61,375 nt of DNA. It comes from a bacterium. Lineage in GTDB: Bacteria > Patescibacteriota > Patescibacteriia > UBA1558 > S5-K13. Position numbers and translations under genes: made by a program. Positions 1 through 8,889 of the stretch are shown here, one piece after another. Numbering within the stretch: position 1 is the first letter of the stretch; each line of letters begins with the position of its first letter. A model generated the notes under the pieces. That model made no database searches, had not been told where the DNA came from, and worked only from the letters and a program-made list of their open reading frames with translations. The stretch is from assembly GCA_035356975.1 (NCBI GenBank), contig DAORGW010000002.1, positions 1-61,375 of the forward strand, in the 5' to 3' direction.

Positions 1-7
1 TACATAT

Positions 8-35
8 TTGACAATATCAGTATTTTTGATATAAT
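8..35 (+). promoter_or_regulatory. sigma70-type promoter upstream of rpmA (TTGACA 8-13, 16-nt spacer with TG at 27-28, TATAAT 30-35)
   Basis: Hexamers read directly from the sequence, about 90 nt before the rpmA ATG. Confidence 0.55.
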
Positions 36-124
36 TTTTTAAGTTATCAATAAAAATAGCAATTAGTTGTTGGCTATTAGCCATTAAGAGCTAAGGCTGG
101 AACCAAGAGCTAAAAACTAAATAT

Positions 125-406
125 ATGGCACATAAGAAATCTGGTGGTTCTACCCAACTGGGGAGAGATTCACAAGCAAAAAGACTGGGTGTAAAGATGC
201 AACACGGACAAAGCATAAAACCTGGCCAAATTATCATAAAACAACGCGGAAGCAAATATCACGCAAGCGCAAATGTAAAAAAAGGCACTGATGACACTCT
301 TTATGCTGCAAAATCAGGAATAGTTAAATTTGCCAAAAAAAAGGTAAAAGCGTTTGATGGTAAATTAAAGCTTAGAAATTTTGTATCGGTCGAAGAGAAA
401 AAATAA
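125..406 (+). CDS. rpmA: 50S ribosomal protein L27
   Basis: N-terminus [24 protein letters not shown] is the L27 signature; size 93 aa. Confidence 0.95.
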   Translation: MAHKKSGGSTQLGRDSQAKRLGVKMQHGQSIKPGQIIIKQRGSKYHASANVKKGTDDTLYAAKSGIVKFAKKKVKAFDGKLKLRNFVSVEEKK

Positions 407-412
407 ATTATA

Positions 413-450
413 TAAAAAAATCAGCTCTTTTTAGGAAGCTGATTTTTTAT
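413..450. terminator. bidirectional intrinsic terminator between rpmA and ftsX
   Basis: Stem atcagct (420-426) / agctgat (437-443) flanked by an A-run and a T-run. Confidence 0.7.
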
Positions 451-461
451 TTTTATCAAAT

Positions 462-1391
462 TTAAAATTTTAAATATCTTTTAATCGAAATGAGAGAACT
501 AATTATTGAGAACACACAGGACAAAAGCAATTGTCCAAAAAATATTACAATAAAATTGGAATTAAAATAAGAAACCAGATTAATTGTGTATCCTTCAAAT
601 AATTTATCTACTATTGGTTGTAAAAATGCTCCACCGAGATATACTATTCCTATAATCACAATTAAAGCAACTATATTATAAAATAAAATATTTAATATAA
701 ATGGGGCTTTTATAAAATTTTCTGTCGCTCCAACTAATTTCATAATGCCTATTTCATCTCTATGTGTGTAAATTGCGATTTTTATAGTATTAAAAACCAT
801 CATAAAAGCTATAAGCATAAATACTCCTGATAATATATAAGCAAAAAATCTAATTTTATCCGAAATATTTATTAATCTTTGTGTCATTAATGTATAATCT
901 TGAAATTGATTTTCATCTATTTCAAACAAATCAACATACTGACTTTCTTTGAGTTCGTTTAATATATTCTCATACATTGATATGTCTTTGGCTTTTATTT
1001 TTAAACTTGCAGAAAATACATTTGAATTATCTTTTTTAAGTTCCTCTATTGCACTTAGGAGGTTCTCATCTTGGGCGTGCTTTTGTTTAAAATTTTCCAG
1101 AGATTCCTCCGCCGAAACATAATCAACTGACTTTATATATTGAGATGAGGAAATTTTTTGTTTTAAATCATCAATTTGTTCTTGTGTTATATTTTGTTTA
1201 AAATAAATACTTACATCAACCTTTTCTTTTATTACATGAATTGCGTTATTTGTAAGCAAATTAAAAATTATCAAAAAATTAATTGTTAAAAGCGCTAAAA
1301 CTAAAATAGTAATATTTACTATTGAAAGCCAAATATTTCTTCCAAAATCCTGCGCAGCAAATTTGAATACTCTTCTAAAATTTACAAACAT
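462..1391 (-). CDS. ftsX: cell-division ABC transporter permease FtsX
   Basis: About 300-aa protein with an N-terminal TM, a large loop and 3 C-terminal TMs, directly downstream of ftsE. Confidence 0.85.
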   Translation of the reverse strand: MFVNFRRVFKFAAQDFGRNIWLSIVNITILVLALLTINFLIIFNLLTNNAIHVIKEKVDVSIYFKQNITQEQIDDLKQKISSSQYIKSVDYVSAEESLENFKQKHAQDENLLSAIEELKKDNSNVFSASLKIKAKDISMYENILNELKESQYVDLFEIDENQFQDYTLMTQRLINISDKIRFFAYILSGVFMLIAFMMVFNTIKIAIYTHRDEIGIMKLVGATENFIKAPFILNILFYNIVALIVIIGIVYLGGAFLQPIVDKLFEGYTINLVSYFNSNFIVIFFGQLLLSCVFSIISSLISIKRYLKF

Positions 1392-1469
1392 ATTTTAAAT
1401 TTTGAATTATAAATTTTAAATAAATTAATTATTGAATTTTATAATTTATTCATGATTCAAAACTCTTAA

Positions 1470-2150
1470 TTATAATATATAGCGCCCTCTTTTCTGATCA
1501 CTTATAATGCGTCCGCCCTCCATTGTTACAACACGCCTATTCAAACTATTTACAATGTCTCTATTATGTGTAACTAAAATTACCGTTGTATTTAAATGAT
1601 TGATTCTTAACAGTAAATCAATTATTTCTCTTGAATTAATTGAATCTAAATTTCCAGTTGGCTCATCTGCTATTAGCAATTTTGGCTGATGGACTAAAGA
1701 TCTGGCTATAGCTGCTCTTTGTTGTTCTCCACCAGATAGTTGATTTGGATATCTCTCTGCTTTATGTTGAAGGCCAACAATCTTTAAAATCTGAGGCAAA
1801 ACTTTTTTAATTTTATCATCATCTATTCCTGAAGTTTGCATTGCAAAGCTTATATTTTCGTAAATATTTTTCTTGGGTAATAATTTAAAATCTTGAAATA
1901 TAAATCCTATTTGGCGTCTTAGATATGGAACCTCGTGTTGTTTTATATCAGTTATATCCCAACCACCAATTTCTATTGTTCCCTCTGTTGGGCGCTCTTC
2001 TGCAAATAAGAGTTTTGCAAGTGTACTTTTCCCAGTTCCTGATTGCCCAACAATAGAAACAAATTCTCCTGGATCAATATCAAGAGATACTTTATTTACA
2101 GCCCAAACATCTGGCTTATAAAATTTTGATACATTATCTAGTTTAATCAT
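1470..2150 (-). CDS. ftsE: cell-division ATP-binding protein FtsE
   Basis: Walker A GQSGTGKST, ABC signature LSGGEQQR, Walker B LLIADEPT; paired with ftsX. Confidence 0.9.
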   Translation of the reverse strand: MIKLDNVSKFYKPDVWAVNKVSLDIDPGEFVSIVGQSGTGKSTLAKLLFAEERPTEGTIEIGGWDITDIKQHEVPYLRRQIGFIFQDFKLLPKKNIYENISFAMQTSGIDDDKIKKVLPQILKIVGLQHKAERYPNQLSGGEQQRAAIARSLVHQPKLLIADEPTGNLDSINSREIIDLLLRINHLNTTVILVTHNRDIVNSLNRRVVTMEGGRIISDQKRGRYIL

Positions 2151-2264
2151 TTTATTGGCGCTTAGCTTTCAGCTTTTAACTATGTATTTTCTAAAAGCTA
2201 ATAGCTAATAACTGATTGCTTATTTATATTTTACTATATTTTCGGATTTTTGACTAAAAATAAA

Positions 2265-2588
2265 TTAATTAAAATTTTCTAAATAATCTTTAAGTGCATT
2301 TTTAGTTAAATAAACATCTAAAATTCCCCCCACTTCTGCTACAAAAGCGACATGAATTTGTTCTATTTCATTGTTATTATAAAAAACTTTAAGCTCAGAT
2401 ATTTCAGCAGTTCCAGATGCAACTCTATTAAGAGTATCTGTATTTCCACCAGAAAAATGTAACTCCCATGGACTATAATCTTTATAATCTATAGAGCTCA
2501 AAAAATTTAAAACAGAACCGCCTCTTTTACTTTTTTCATCAACCCAACCACTATTTACTTCTTTAGTTTCAAAATTTTTATTTTCCAT
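2265..2588 (-). CDS. hypothetical protein (107 aa)
   Basis: Intact ORF in an otherwise coding-dense region; no recognisable motif. Confidence 0.5.
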   Translation of the reverse strand: MENKNFETKEVNSGWVDEKSKRGGSVLNFLSSIDYKDYSPWELHFSGGNTDTLNRVASGTAEISELKVFYNNNEIEQIHVAFVAEVGGILDVYLTKNALKDYLENFN

Positions 2589-2620
2589 ATATTTTATTTA
2601 AATCGATAAAATTATTTTTA

Positions 2621-2696
2621 TGGAGCCGGGAACAGGATTCGAACCTGCGATCTTTGGTTTACGATACCACTGCTCTACCAACTGAGCTATCCCGGC
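2621..2696 (-). tRNA. tRNA-Thr (anticodon CGU), CCA encoded
   Basis: The reverse complement folds as a cloverleaf: acceptor GCCGGGA/TCCCGGC, D arm GCTC-AGTTGGTA-GAGC, anticodon loop AT-CGT-AA, T arm GCAGG-TTCGAAT-CCTGT, 3' TCCA. Confidence 0.93.
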
Positions 2697-2700
2697 GTCA

Positions 2701-3594
2701 TTATTGTACTAAAACTTTAAATTTTCCATTAACTAAATATTCATCAAGATAGTCGCTCAAACTTTTTGTTGGCAAAAATATCTGACTAAATTCATAAAAC
2801 CTATCATCCTTTTCTTTGTCAAGTAAAACGGCCTCTATTTTATAAATGTGAAAACCTGATATACTTTGAAAAACTGGAGAAATATCACCAACATTCATAT
2901 TATCTATAATATCGGCTAATGAATTTGGTAGGTCCGATTTTGACAGCCACCCTATTTTTTTAATTGGATTAATTTTTTTGTCATTATATTTGTCACTATA
3001 CTCTAAAAATTTATCTGGATTTTTCACTATATCAGAGTATATCTCATCAATTTTTTTTCTTTGATTTTTATTGAAATCAAAGGATTGCAATTTTTCTGAA
3101 ATTTTTATTCTACAAAAAGTGGGAAATACTACACATTCTTCAAATTTATTTTCCTGAAAACCTAAATTTGTCTTTAATTTTAGAACAACATCTTTGTCTA
3201 TATTATTTTGAAAATAAAAATTATCTCTAAATTTTAAGTATTCTTGATTTTTTGTACACTGAACATTTAATTTATCACCCATCTTTTCTATAAAATTTAA
3301 ACCCAAAAGTTGTTTTACTCCTGAATTAATATATTGTTGATCTTTTTTAACTTTTTCATTAAATAAAAAATAAATTTTATAATCATCTAAAAATTTTTCA
3401 TACTTACGTAAAGTTATAAATTCTCCATTACAATAAATGGCTGGGAAGGGAATTATTTTTGCAAAAAATCTACCAAAAAATAAGTTAGACTTTACAAAAT
3501 AAATATCTACAACTGATAAAGAAAACAAACAAACAATAAATAAAAGAAAAATAATAATAATTCGTTTAATTTTCATATTTATTATTAACTGCAA
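2701..3594 (-). CDS. membrane-anchored parvulin/PpiC-like peptidyl-prolyl isomerase family protein (start possibly at 3576)
   Basis: N-terminal TM helix; the C-terminal segment GDISPVFQSISGFHIYKIE resembles the parvulin rotamase core. Confidence 0.5.
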   Translation of the reverse strand: MQLIINMKIKRIIIIFLLFIVCLFSLSVVDIYFVKSNLFFGRFFAKIIPFPAIYCNGEFITLRKYEKFLDDYKIYFLFNEKVKKDQQYINSGVKQLLGLNFIEKMGDKLNVQCTKNQEYLKFRDNFYFQNNIDKDVVLKLKTNLGFQENKFEECVVFPTFCRIKISEKLQSFDFNKNQRKKIDEIYSDIVKNPDKFLEYSDKYNDKKINPIKKIGWLSKSDLPNSLADIIDNMNVGDISPVFQSISGFHIYKIEAVLLDKEKDDRFYEFSQIFLPTKSLSDYLDEYLVNGKFKVLVQ

Positions 3595-4003
3595 AAAAAT
3601 AATCCCACCAAAGCCTCATATTTCCATAAATTCTTGATTTTTCTTCATTAATACTGGAATTATTTTCTATCTCTTCTTGCTTTGGCAAAATAATAATTTT
3701 CTCTCCTGGTTTTTTAAGTCCTAGTTTTTCCCTTGCAAAAGATTCTGCATATTCATCTGTTTCAAAATATCCTATAAGATTTTTTAAATCACTGTTCTGT
3801 TTATCAACTTCATTAATTTGATTTTGTAAATTTTTAATTTCCTGTTTCACTCTTTGTCGTTGCTGTAAATCCTTATATAAATTAGTTGCTAAATATATTG
3901 AAAACACCAGAACAAACACAAAAAATATTTTTGATGAAAAAATTCTAAAAAATAATGATTCTTTTTGTTTAATCATATATTTATTATACCTAAAAAATAA
4001 CAC
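3566..4003 (-). CDS. septum formation initiator FtsB/DivIC-like protein
   Basis: Single TM followed by a coiled coil, then the motif AREKLGLKKPGEKII typical of the FtsB/DivIC family. Confidence 0.65.
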   Translation of the reverse strand: MLFFRYNKYMIKQKESLFFRIFSSKIFFVFVLVFSIYLATNLYKDLQQRQRVKQEIKNLQNQINEVDKQNSDLKNLIGYFETDEYAESFAREKLGLKKPGEKIIILPKQEEIENNSSINEEKSRIYGNMRLWWDYFFAVNNKYEN

Positions 4004-4012
4004 ATATTCAAA

Positions 4013-4492
4013 CTAAACACGCGTCTCTAAAATAAAATTTTTGACATTTAGTGGATTATAAATAAAATCAAAATAAACAATTTGTTTATTTTTCAATTTA
4101 ATTATCATATCTCCTATTTTAAATAATTTTAAAAATAAATTTCTGTATTCTATTTCAATTTGTAAAATACTATCAAGTAAAAACTCTTCCATGTCATTTT
4201 TAAAAAATCCAAAATAACAATTTATACATTTTTTATTTGTAATAACCAAACAATCATACTCCCATCTTTTATAAACAACGTATGTCGAAATAACACAAAA
4301 AATTATTATAACAAAAAATAATACAAAGCCTATTATTCCCAGTTTCATAATTGGAACCATAAAGAAGAAAGCACTTAAAAATAATATAAACCTAAATATT
4401 ATTTTTATTGCAAGAAAAAAAACTGAATAATGAAAAATTTCTAAAAGCTCTTCATTATTTGATAAATATTTGCTAAAATATTTATAAGACAT
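4013..4492 (-). CDS. hypothetical membrane protein (two TM helices plus a small soluble domain)
   Basis: Hydrophobic hairpin FFLAIKIIFRFILFLSAFFF / GIIGFVLFFVIIIFCVI; no family assigned with confidence. Confidence 0.45.
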   Translation of the reverse strand: MSYKYFSKYLSNNEELLEIFHYSVFFLAIKIIFRFILFLSAFFFMVPIMKLGIIGFVLFFVIIIFCVISTYVVYKRWEYDCLVITNKKCINCYFGFFKNDMEEFLLDSILQIEIEYRNLFLKLFKIGDMIIKLKNKQIVYFDFIYNPLNVKNFILETRV

Positions 4493-4596
4493 AAAATTAT
4501 GAAAAAAAGTAAACTAGTAAAGATATTTTGGGTAATAACAGCTACTATTGTTATATTTTCTATGATAGCCTGGACTATTGGAATTAATTATTTATA

Positions 4597-6408
4597 TTAA
4601 TCTCTTTTTAACACTGATAAATATACGTCTTGAGGCAATTCAACCCTACCGCTGGATTGCATTCTTTTTTTACCTTGCTTCTGTTTTGCTAATAATTTTT
4701 TCTTTCTACTTACGTCTCCTCCGTATAATTTTGCCGTAACATCTTTTCGGAGCGCACTTAATCTTTCCGCTGCAATAACTTTTGAACCAATAGATGCCTG
4801 TATTTTTACAACAAATTGTTGTCTTGGAATTACTTCTTTTAATCTATCCACAATTCCACGACCCACTCTATATGCCTCATCTTTATACACAAATGATGAA
4901 AGTGGCTCAACAAGCTCTTCTGCTATATAAATGTCCAATCTCAATAAATCAACTTTTTCATATTTCAAAAATTCATAATTTAAAGACGCATAACCACGAC
5001 TTACGCTTTTTAATTTATCATAAAAATCGACTAAAATAGGGGTGAGTGGAATTTCATATTGCAAAACAACAAGATCCTGGTCTAAATATTTTGTATTTTT
5101 GTAAATTCCACGACGCTCTGTTGCTAAACTCATCACAGAACCAATATATTCACTTGGTGTTACAATATCCATTGTTACAATTGGCTCTTCTATATAATTT
5201 ATAAATTGTTCTTCTAATTCCGCTGGTTTTGTAAGCTCTATATAGCTTCCCTTGTCATCTTTTATGATATCACCTTTAAATTTATGAATCATCTCATTTT
5301 TTAAATAAGCACGATATGCAACAGATGGAATTGTTACAACTAAATCAAGATTATATTCTCTGTTTAATCTCTGTAAAAAGATATCTAGGTGTAGTAACCC
5401 TAAAAATCCACATCTAAATCCAAATCCAAAAACAGGTGAGGAGTCTTTCTGAATTTCAAGTGAAGAATCATTTAATTTTAGTTTTTCTACAGCATCGCGA
5501 AGTTCTTCATAGTTATCACCTCCACGAGAATAAATTCCCGCAAAAACCATAGGTTTTACAATTTTATATCCTGGAAGTGCTTCATTTTGCTCTGAAACAA
5601 GTGAAATTGTATCTCCAACTCTTACACTTCTTAAATCTCTTTCGCCTGTTATTATATAACCTATTTCACCACTTTGAAGTTCATTTGATTTTTCATGTTT
5701 TATTTTAAAATATCCAACCTCTAAAACTTCTGCTGTTTTATTAGTTCCTAAAAATTTTACCCTATCTCCTCTTTTAAACTTTCCCTCAACAATTCTAACA
5801 TAACTTATTATTCCCTTGTATTCATCGTAGACAGAATCAAAAATAAGAGCTCTATTTTTTGAAAAATCAATGCGTGGTTCTGGAATTAAATTTATAACCT
5901 GATCTAATAATTTATCAACATTTAATCCAGTTTTTGCTGAAATTCCAATTATATCATCGGGATTACATTGAATTAAATTCACTATTTCTTCTTTTGTTTT
6001 TTCTACGTCAGCGGTTTGTAAATCAACTTTATTTATAACTGGAACAATTTTTAAATTTTGTTCTTGAGCAAAACGTAAATTTACAAGAGTTTGAGCTTGA
6101 ATTCCCTTTGTTGCGTCTACTACTAAAATTGCTCCTTCAACGCAAGCAATTGATCGACTCACTTCATAACTAAAATCCATATGTCCGGGGGTATCAATTA
6201 AATCCAAAATATAGTCTTTATATTTCATTCTAACTGGTTGAAGTTTTATTGTTATTCCTCTTTCACGCTCCAAGTCCATGTTATCTAAAATCTGATCTTT
6301 CATTTCACGACTTGATAATGTATTCGTAATTTCTAATAGCCTATCAGCTAATGTGGATTTTCCATGATCAATATGAGCAATAATACAAAAATTTCTAATA
6401 TTTGACAT
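4597..6408 (-). CDS. lepA: translation elongation factor 4 (LepA); start taken at MSNIRNF rather than the ORF-track start 6426
   Basis: NIRNFCIIAHIDHGKSTLADRLL, DTPGHMDF, NKVDL GTPase motifs and a LepA C-terminal domain. Confidence 0.95.
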   Translation of the reverse strand: MSNIRNFCIIAHIDHGKSTLADRLLEITNTLSSREMKDQILDNMDLERERGITIKLQPVRMKYKDYILDLIDTPGHMDFSYEVSRSIACVEGAILVVDATKGIQAQTLVNLRFAQEQNLKIVPVINKVDLQTADVEKTKEEIVNLIQCNPDDIIGISAKTGLNVDKLLDQVINLIPEPRIDFSKNRALIFDSVYDEYKGIISYVRIVEGKFKRGDRVKFLGTNKTAEVLEVGYFKIKHEKSNELQSGEIGYIITGERDLRSVRVGDTISLVSEQNEALPGYKIVKPMVFAGIYSRGGDNYEELRDAVEKLKLNDSSLEIQKDSSPVFGFGFRCGFLGLLHLDIFLQRLNREYNLDLVVTIPSVAYRAYLKNEMIHKFKGDIIKDDKGSYIELTKPAELEEQFINYIEEPIVTMDIVTPSEYIGSVMSLATERRGIYKNTKYLDQDLVVLQYEIPLTPILVDFYDKLKSVSRGYASLNYEFLKYEKVDLLRLDIYIAEELVEPLSSFVYKDEAYRVGRGIVDRLKEVIPRQQFVVKIQASIGSKVIAAERLSALRKDVTAKLYGGDVSRKKKLLAKQKQGKKRMQSSGRVELPQDVYLSVLKRD

Positions 6409-6412
6409 AACG

Positions 6413-7978
6413 TTATCTATTAACAAATTTTTTAAAATATTTTTTTATTAATTGAACTTCCTCTATTTTTTCAAAAATTGAAATAAAGTAATATAGAGCA
6501 AAGCCTATTATAAACAAAATTATCAATTCTGCCAATACTTTTATTAATGACTCTATTCCGATATATTTTATATAAATTAATCTCAAAAAATAAAAAAATA
6601 CAAAAATAATTAATGAATTAAATAAAATTTTCAAAAAATAAATAAGCAATATTTTACATTTACAAAATTTGTGCTTTAAAGATAGTAAAACCGATAACAA
6701 TATAGCAAATATTGTATTACTTATTGAAAACGCAATAGCCAATCCTATTATTCCAATTTTACGAGATAAAAATATTGCCATAACAATATTTAAAGCTAAA
6801 CTTATAAAACTCAAAATCACGGGAGTTCTTGTATTTTCATGCGCGTAAAAAGCTCGAGACAATACATTAGAAATACATTGAAATAGCATTGAAGCACAAA
6901 ACCACCCAAAAACAATTGATGTGTAATTTATATTCTCTATATTAAAATTTCCAGTCCCAAGAACAATTTTTACTATTTCAAATCTTGTAAGAATCATAAA
7001 TAAAGAAATTGGCACTACAAAAAAAATTATTTTTTTTAAATTTCTCTCTAAATATAAATTAAAATTTTCATTATTTCCCTCATTTACAAATTCTGACAAA
7101 ACTGGAAATATTGCAATTGCAACAGAAACCCCAAAAATACTTACAACAAAAGATTGTAAATTTATCCCAAAATAAAATACCGAAATACTTCCAACAACAA
7201 GCGATGATGCAATCATTGTAATTACAAACTGATTTATCTGACCCAAAACCAAAGCAACCGTTCTCGGAATCATTAATTTAAAAATCCTTAAAACATTTTT
7301 ATCTTTTAAATTAAAAACAAGTTCATATCTCCACCCAAGTTTTACTAACTCTATTAATTGGATTAAAAAATGAAGCAATGCACCAAGCACAACGCCCCAA
7401 GCCAACATATCATAACCAAAATATTTTGATGCAACTATTCCAGCAATTAATCCTAAATTATAAAAAACCGGTGCAATACTATAGGTAATATAAGTTTTTT
7501 TTGAATTTAATATTGAGCTCGCAACAGAAGAAAATCCAAAAATTACTACACTTATAAGCATAATTGATGTAAGACGAACTGTGAGTTGTAATTGAAAATA
7601 ATTAAATCCAGGCGCTAAAAGTTTCACCAAAAAATCAACATTAAAAAATGCAATTAAACAAAGTATAGATAAAATTAATGTAATTATATTTAAAACTGAA
7701 TTTGATACTTTTATAGCATATTTTTCATCTTCTTTACTTAATTTTACAAAAACAGGAACAAATGCACTAGCAAGCGCCCCCAAAATCAAAGAATTAAAAA
7801 TAAAATCTGGAATTCTAAATGCAGCAAAATATGAATCTAAAATTTGTCCCGCACCAAAACTTGATGCAAGCATTCTATCCCTTAAAAGCCCCAAAATCTT
7901 GCTTAAAACAGAAAAAACGCTAATTAGTATAGCGCCACCTAAAACAGTCTTATTTAAGCTTTTAAATGGATTTTTCAT
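6413..7978 (-). CDS. murJ: lipid II flippase MurJ/MviN
   Basis: 521-aa polytopic protein with N-terminal LSKILGLLRDRMLASSFGAG and AFRIPDFIFN motifs. Confidence 0.88.
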   Translation of the reverse strand: MKNPFKSLNKTVLGGAILISVFSVLSKILGLLRDRMLASSFGAGQILDSYFAAFRIPDFIFNSLILGALASAFVPVFVKLSKEDEKYAIKVSNSVLNIITLILSILCLIAFFNVDFLVKLLAPGFNYFQLQLTVRLTSIMLISVVIFGFSSVASSILNSKKTYITYSIAPVFYNLGLIAGIVASKYFGYDMLAWGVVLGALLHFLIQLIELVKLGWRYELVFNLKDKNVLRIFKLMIPRTVALVLGQINQFVITMIASSLVVGSISVFYFGINLQSFVVSIFGVSVAIAIFPVLSEFVNEGNNENFNLYLERNLKKIIFFVVPISLFMILTRFEIVKIVLGTGNFNIENINYTSIVFGWFCASMLFQCISNVLSRAFYAHENTRTPVILSFISLALNIVMAIFLSRKIGIIGLAIAFSISNTIFAILLSVLLSLKHKFCKCKILLIYFLKILFNSLIIFVFFYFLRLIYIKYIGIESLIKVLAELIILFIIGFALYYFISIFEKIEEVQLIKKYFKKFVNR

Positions 7979-8058
7979 TTATTTATAAGTGTATTATAGC
8001 AAAAATTAACTAAAAATCCACCCATTGGTGGATTTTATAATATCTAATAAATTTAAAA

Positions 8059-8811
8059 TTATATGGATTCTGATTTTATCTCTGGTGGGGTTGGATTATT
8101 AAAATTAACTTCTTTCATTTTTTTATAAACATAGGCTGTTGCGATATAAGAAATTGGTATTGTTACTAAAAGCCCCACACCCAAACACAATAATCCCAAT
8201 AAATTAATTAATCCTAAAACAAATCCCAAAACCATAAGCGACCACACTAATCCTTTTGTAATTTTATAACTTTTTTTTAACGATTCAATGATGCCCAATC
8301 CCTCAATTATAAAATATGGATAATAACTTAATCGTATTGAATATATAATCATAAAAACAAGAGAGGCTAAACCCAAAATTCCCAAAATGATATTAATAAT
8401 TATATTAACCTTTAAAACCATCATCAAAATAAAGAATGCAAAAATTATACCCGTTGGTAAAAAAACAAAAGCACTAAACAAAATAGAGGCCAATAAATAT
8501 TTAATAAATAAATCAGAACCAGAGAACAAATCTTTAATTTTGGGTTTTTCTATTTTGTCATAAACAACATTAAGACACAGTTTTGTGATTCCTATTGAAA
8601 CAATAATCTGTAAAAACCAAAATATTAAATGAAACAAAATGCCCATGACGGAAAATTGATTTTCATCTGTTGTTGTTAATTTATTAACAGTTTGGGGAAT
8701 ATAGGTTATTAAAAAAATAATAATAGATAATAAAATAAAAAAACCTAAGTGCTTTTTTACTTTTTCCCAAGAATAATTTACCACCTCTTTGATTGTAAAA
8801 ATATTTGTCAT
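8059..8811 (-). CDS. polytopic membrane protein (DUF975-like)
   Basis: Five to six TM segments; resemblance to the DUF975 family is from memory only. Confidence 0.4.
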   Translation of the reverse strand: MTNIFTIKEVVNYSWEKVKKHLGFFILLSIIIFLITYIPQTVNKLTTTDENQFSVMGILFHLIFWFLQIIVSIGITKLCLNVVYDKIEKPKIKDLFSGSDLFIKYLLASILFSAFVFLPTGIIFAFFILMMVLKVNIIINIILGILGLASLVFMIIYSIRLSYYPYFIIEGLGIIESLKKSYKITKGLVWSLMVLGFVLGLINLLGLLCLGVGLLVTIPISYIATAYVYKKMKEVNFNNPTPPEIKSESI

Positions 8812-8889
8812 TGTTTTAAGTTTCAGACTTTAGTTTTCAATTTTCAGATAACACTGAAATATGAAATCTACAAACTGAAAAATTATTAA

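Noticed and set aside
4505-4606. 33-codon plus-strand ORF (MKKSKLVKIFWVITATIVIFSMIAWTIGINYLY) between the 4013..4492 gene and lepA
   Set aside because: It looks like a plausible mini membrane peptide, but it has no SD or promoter, it overlaps the lepA stop convergently, and such ORFs arise easily in AT-rich spacers.
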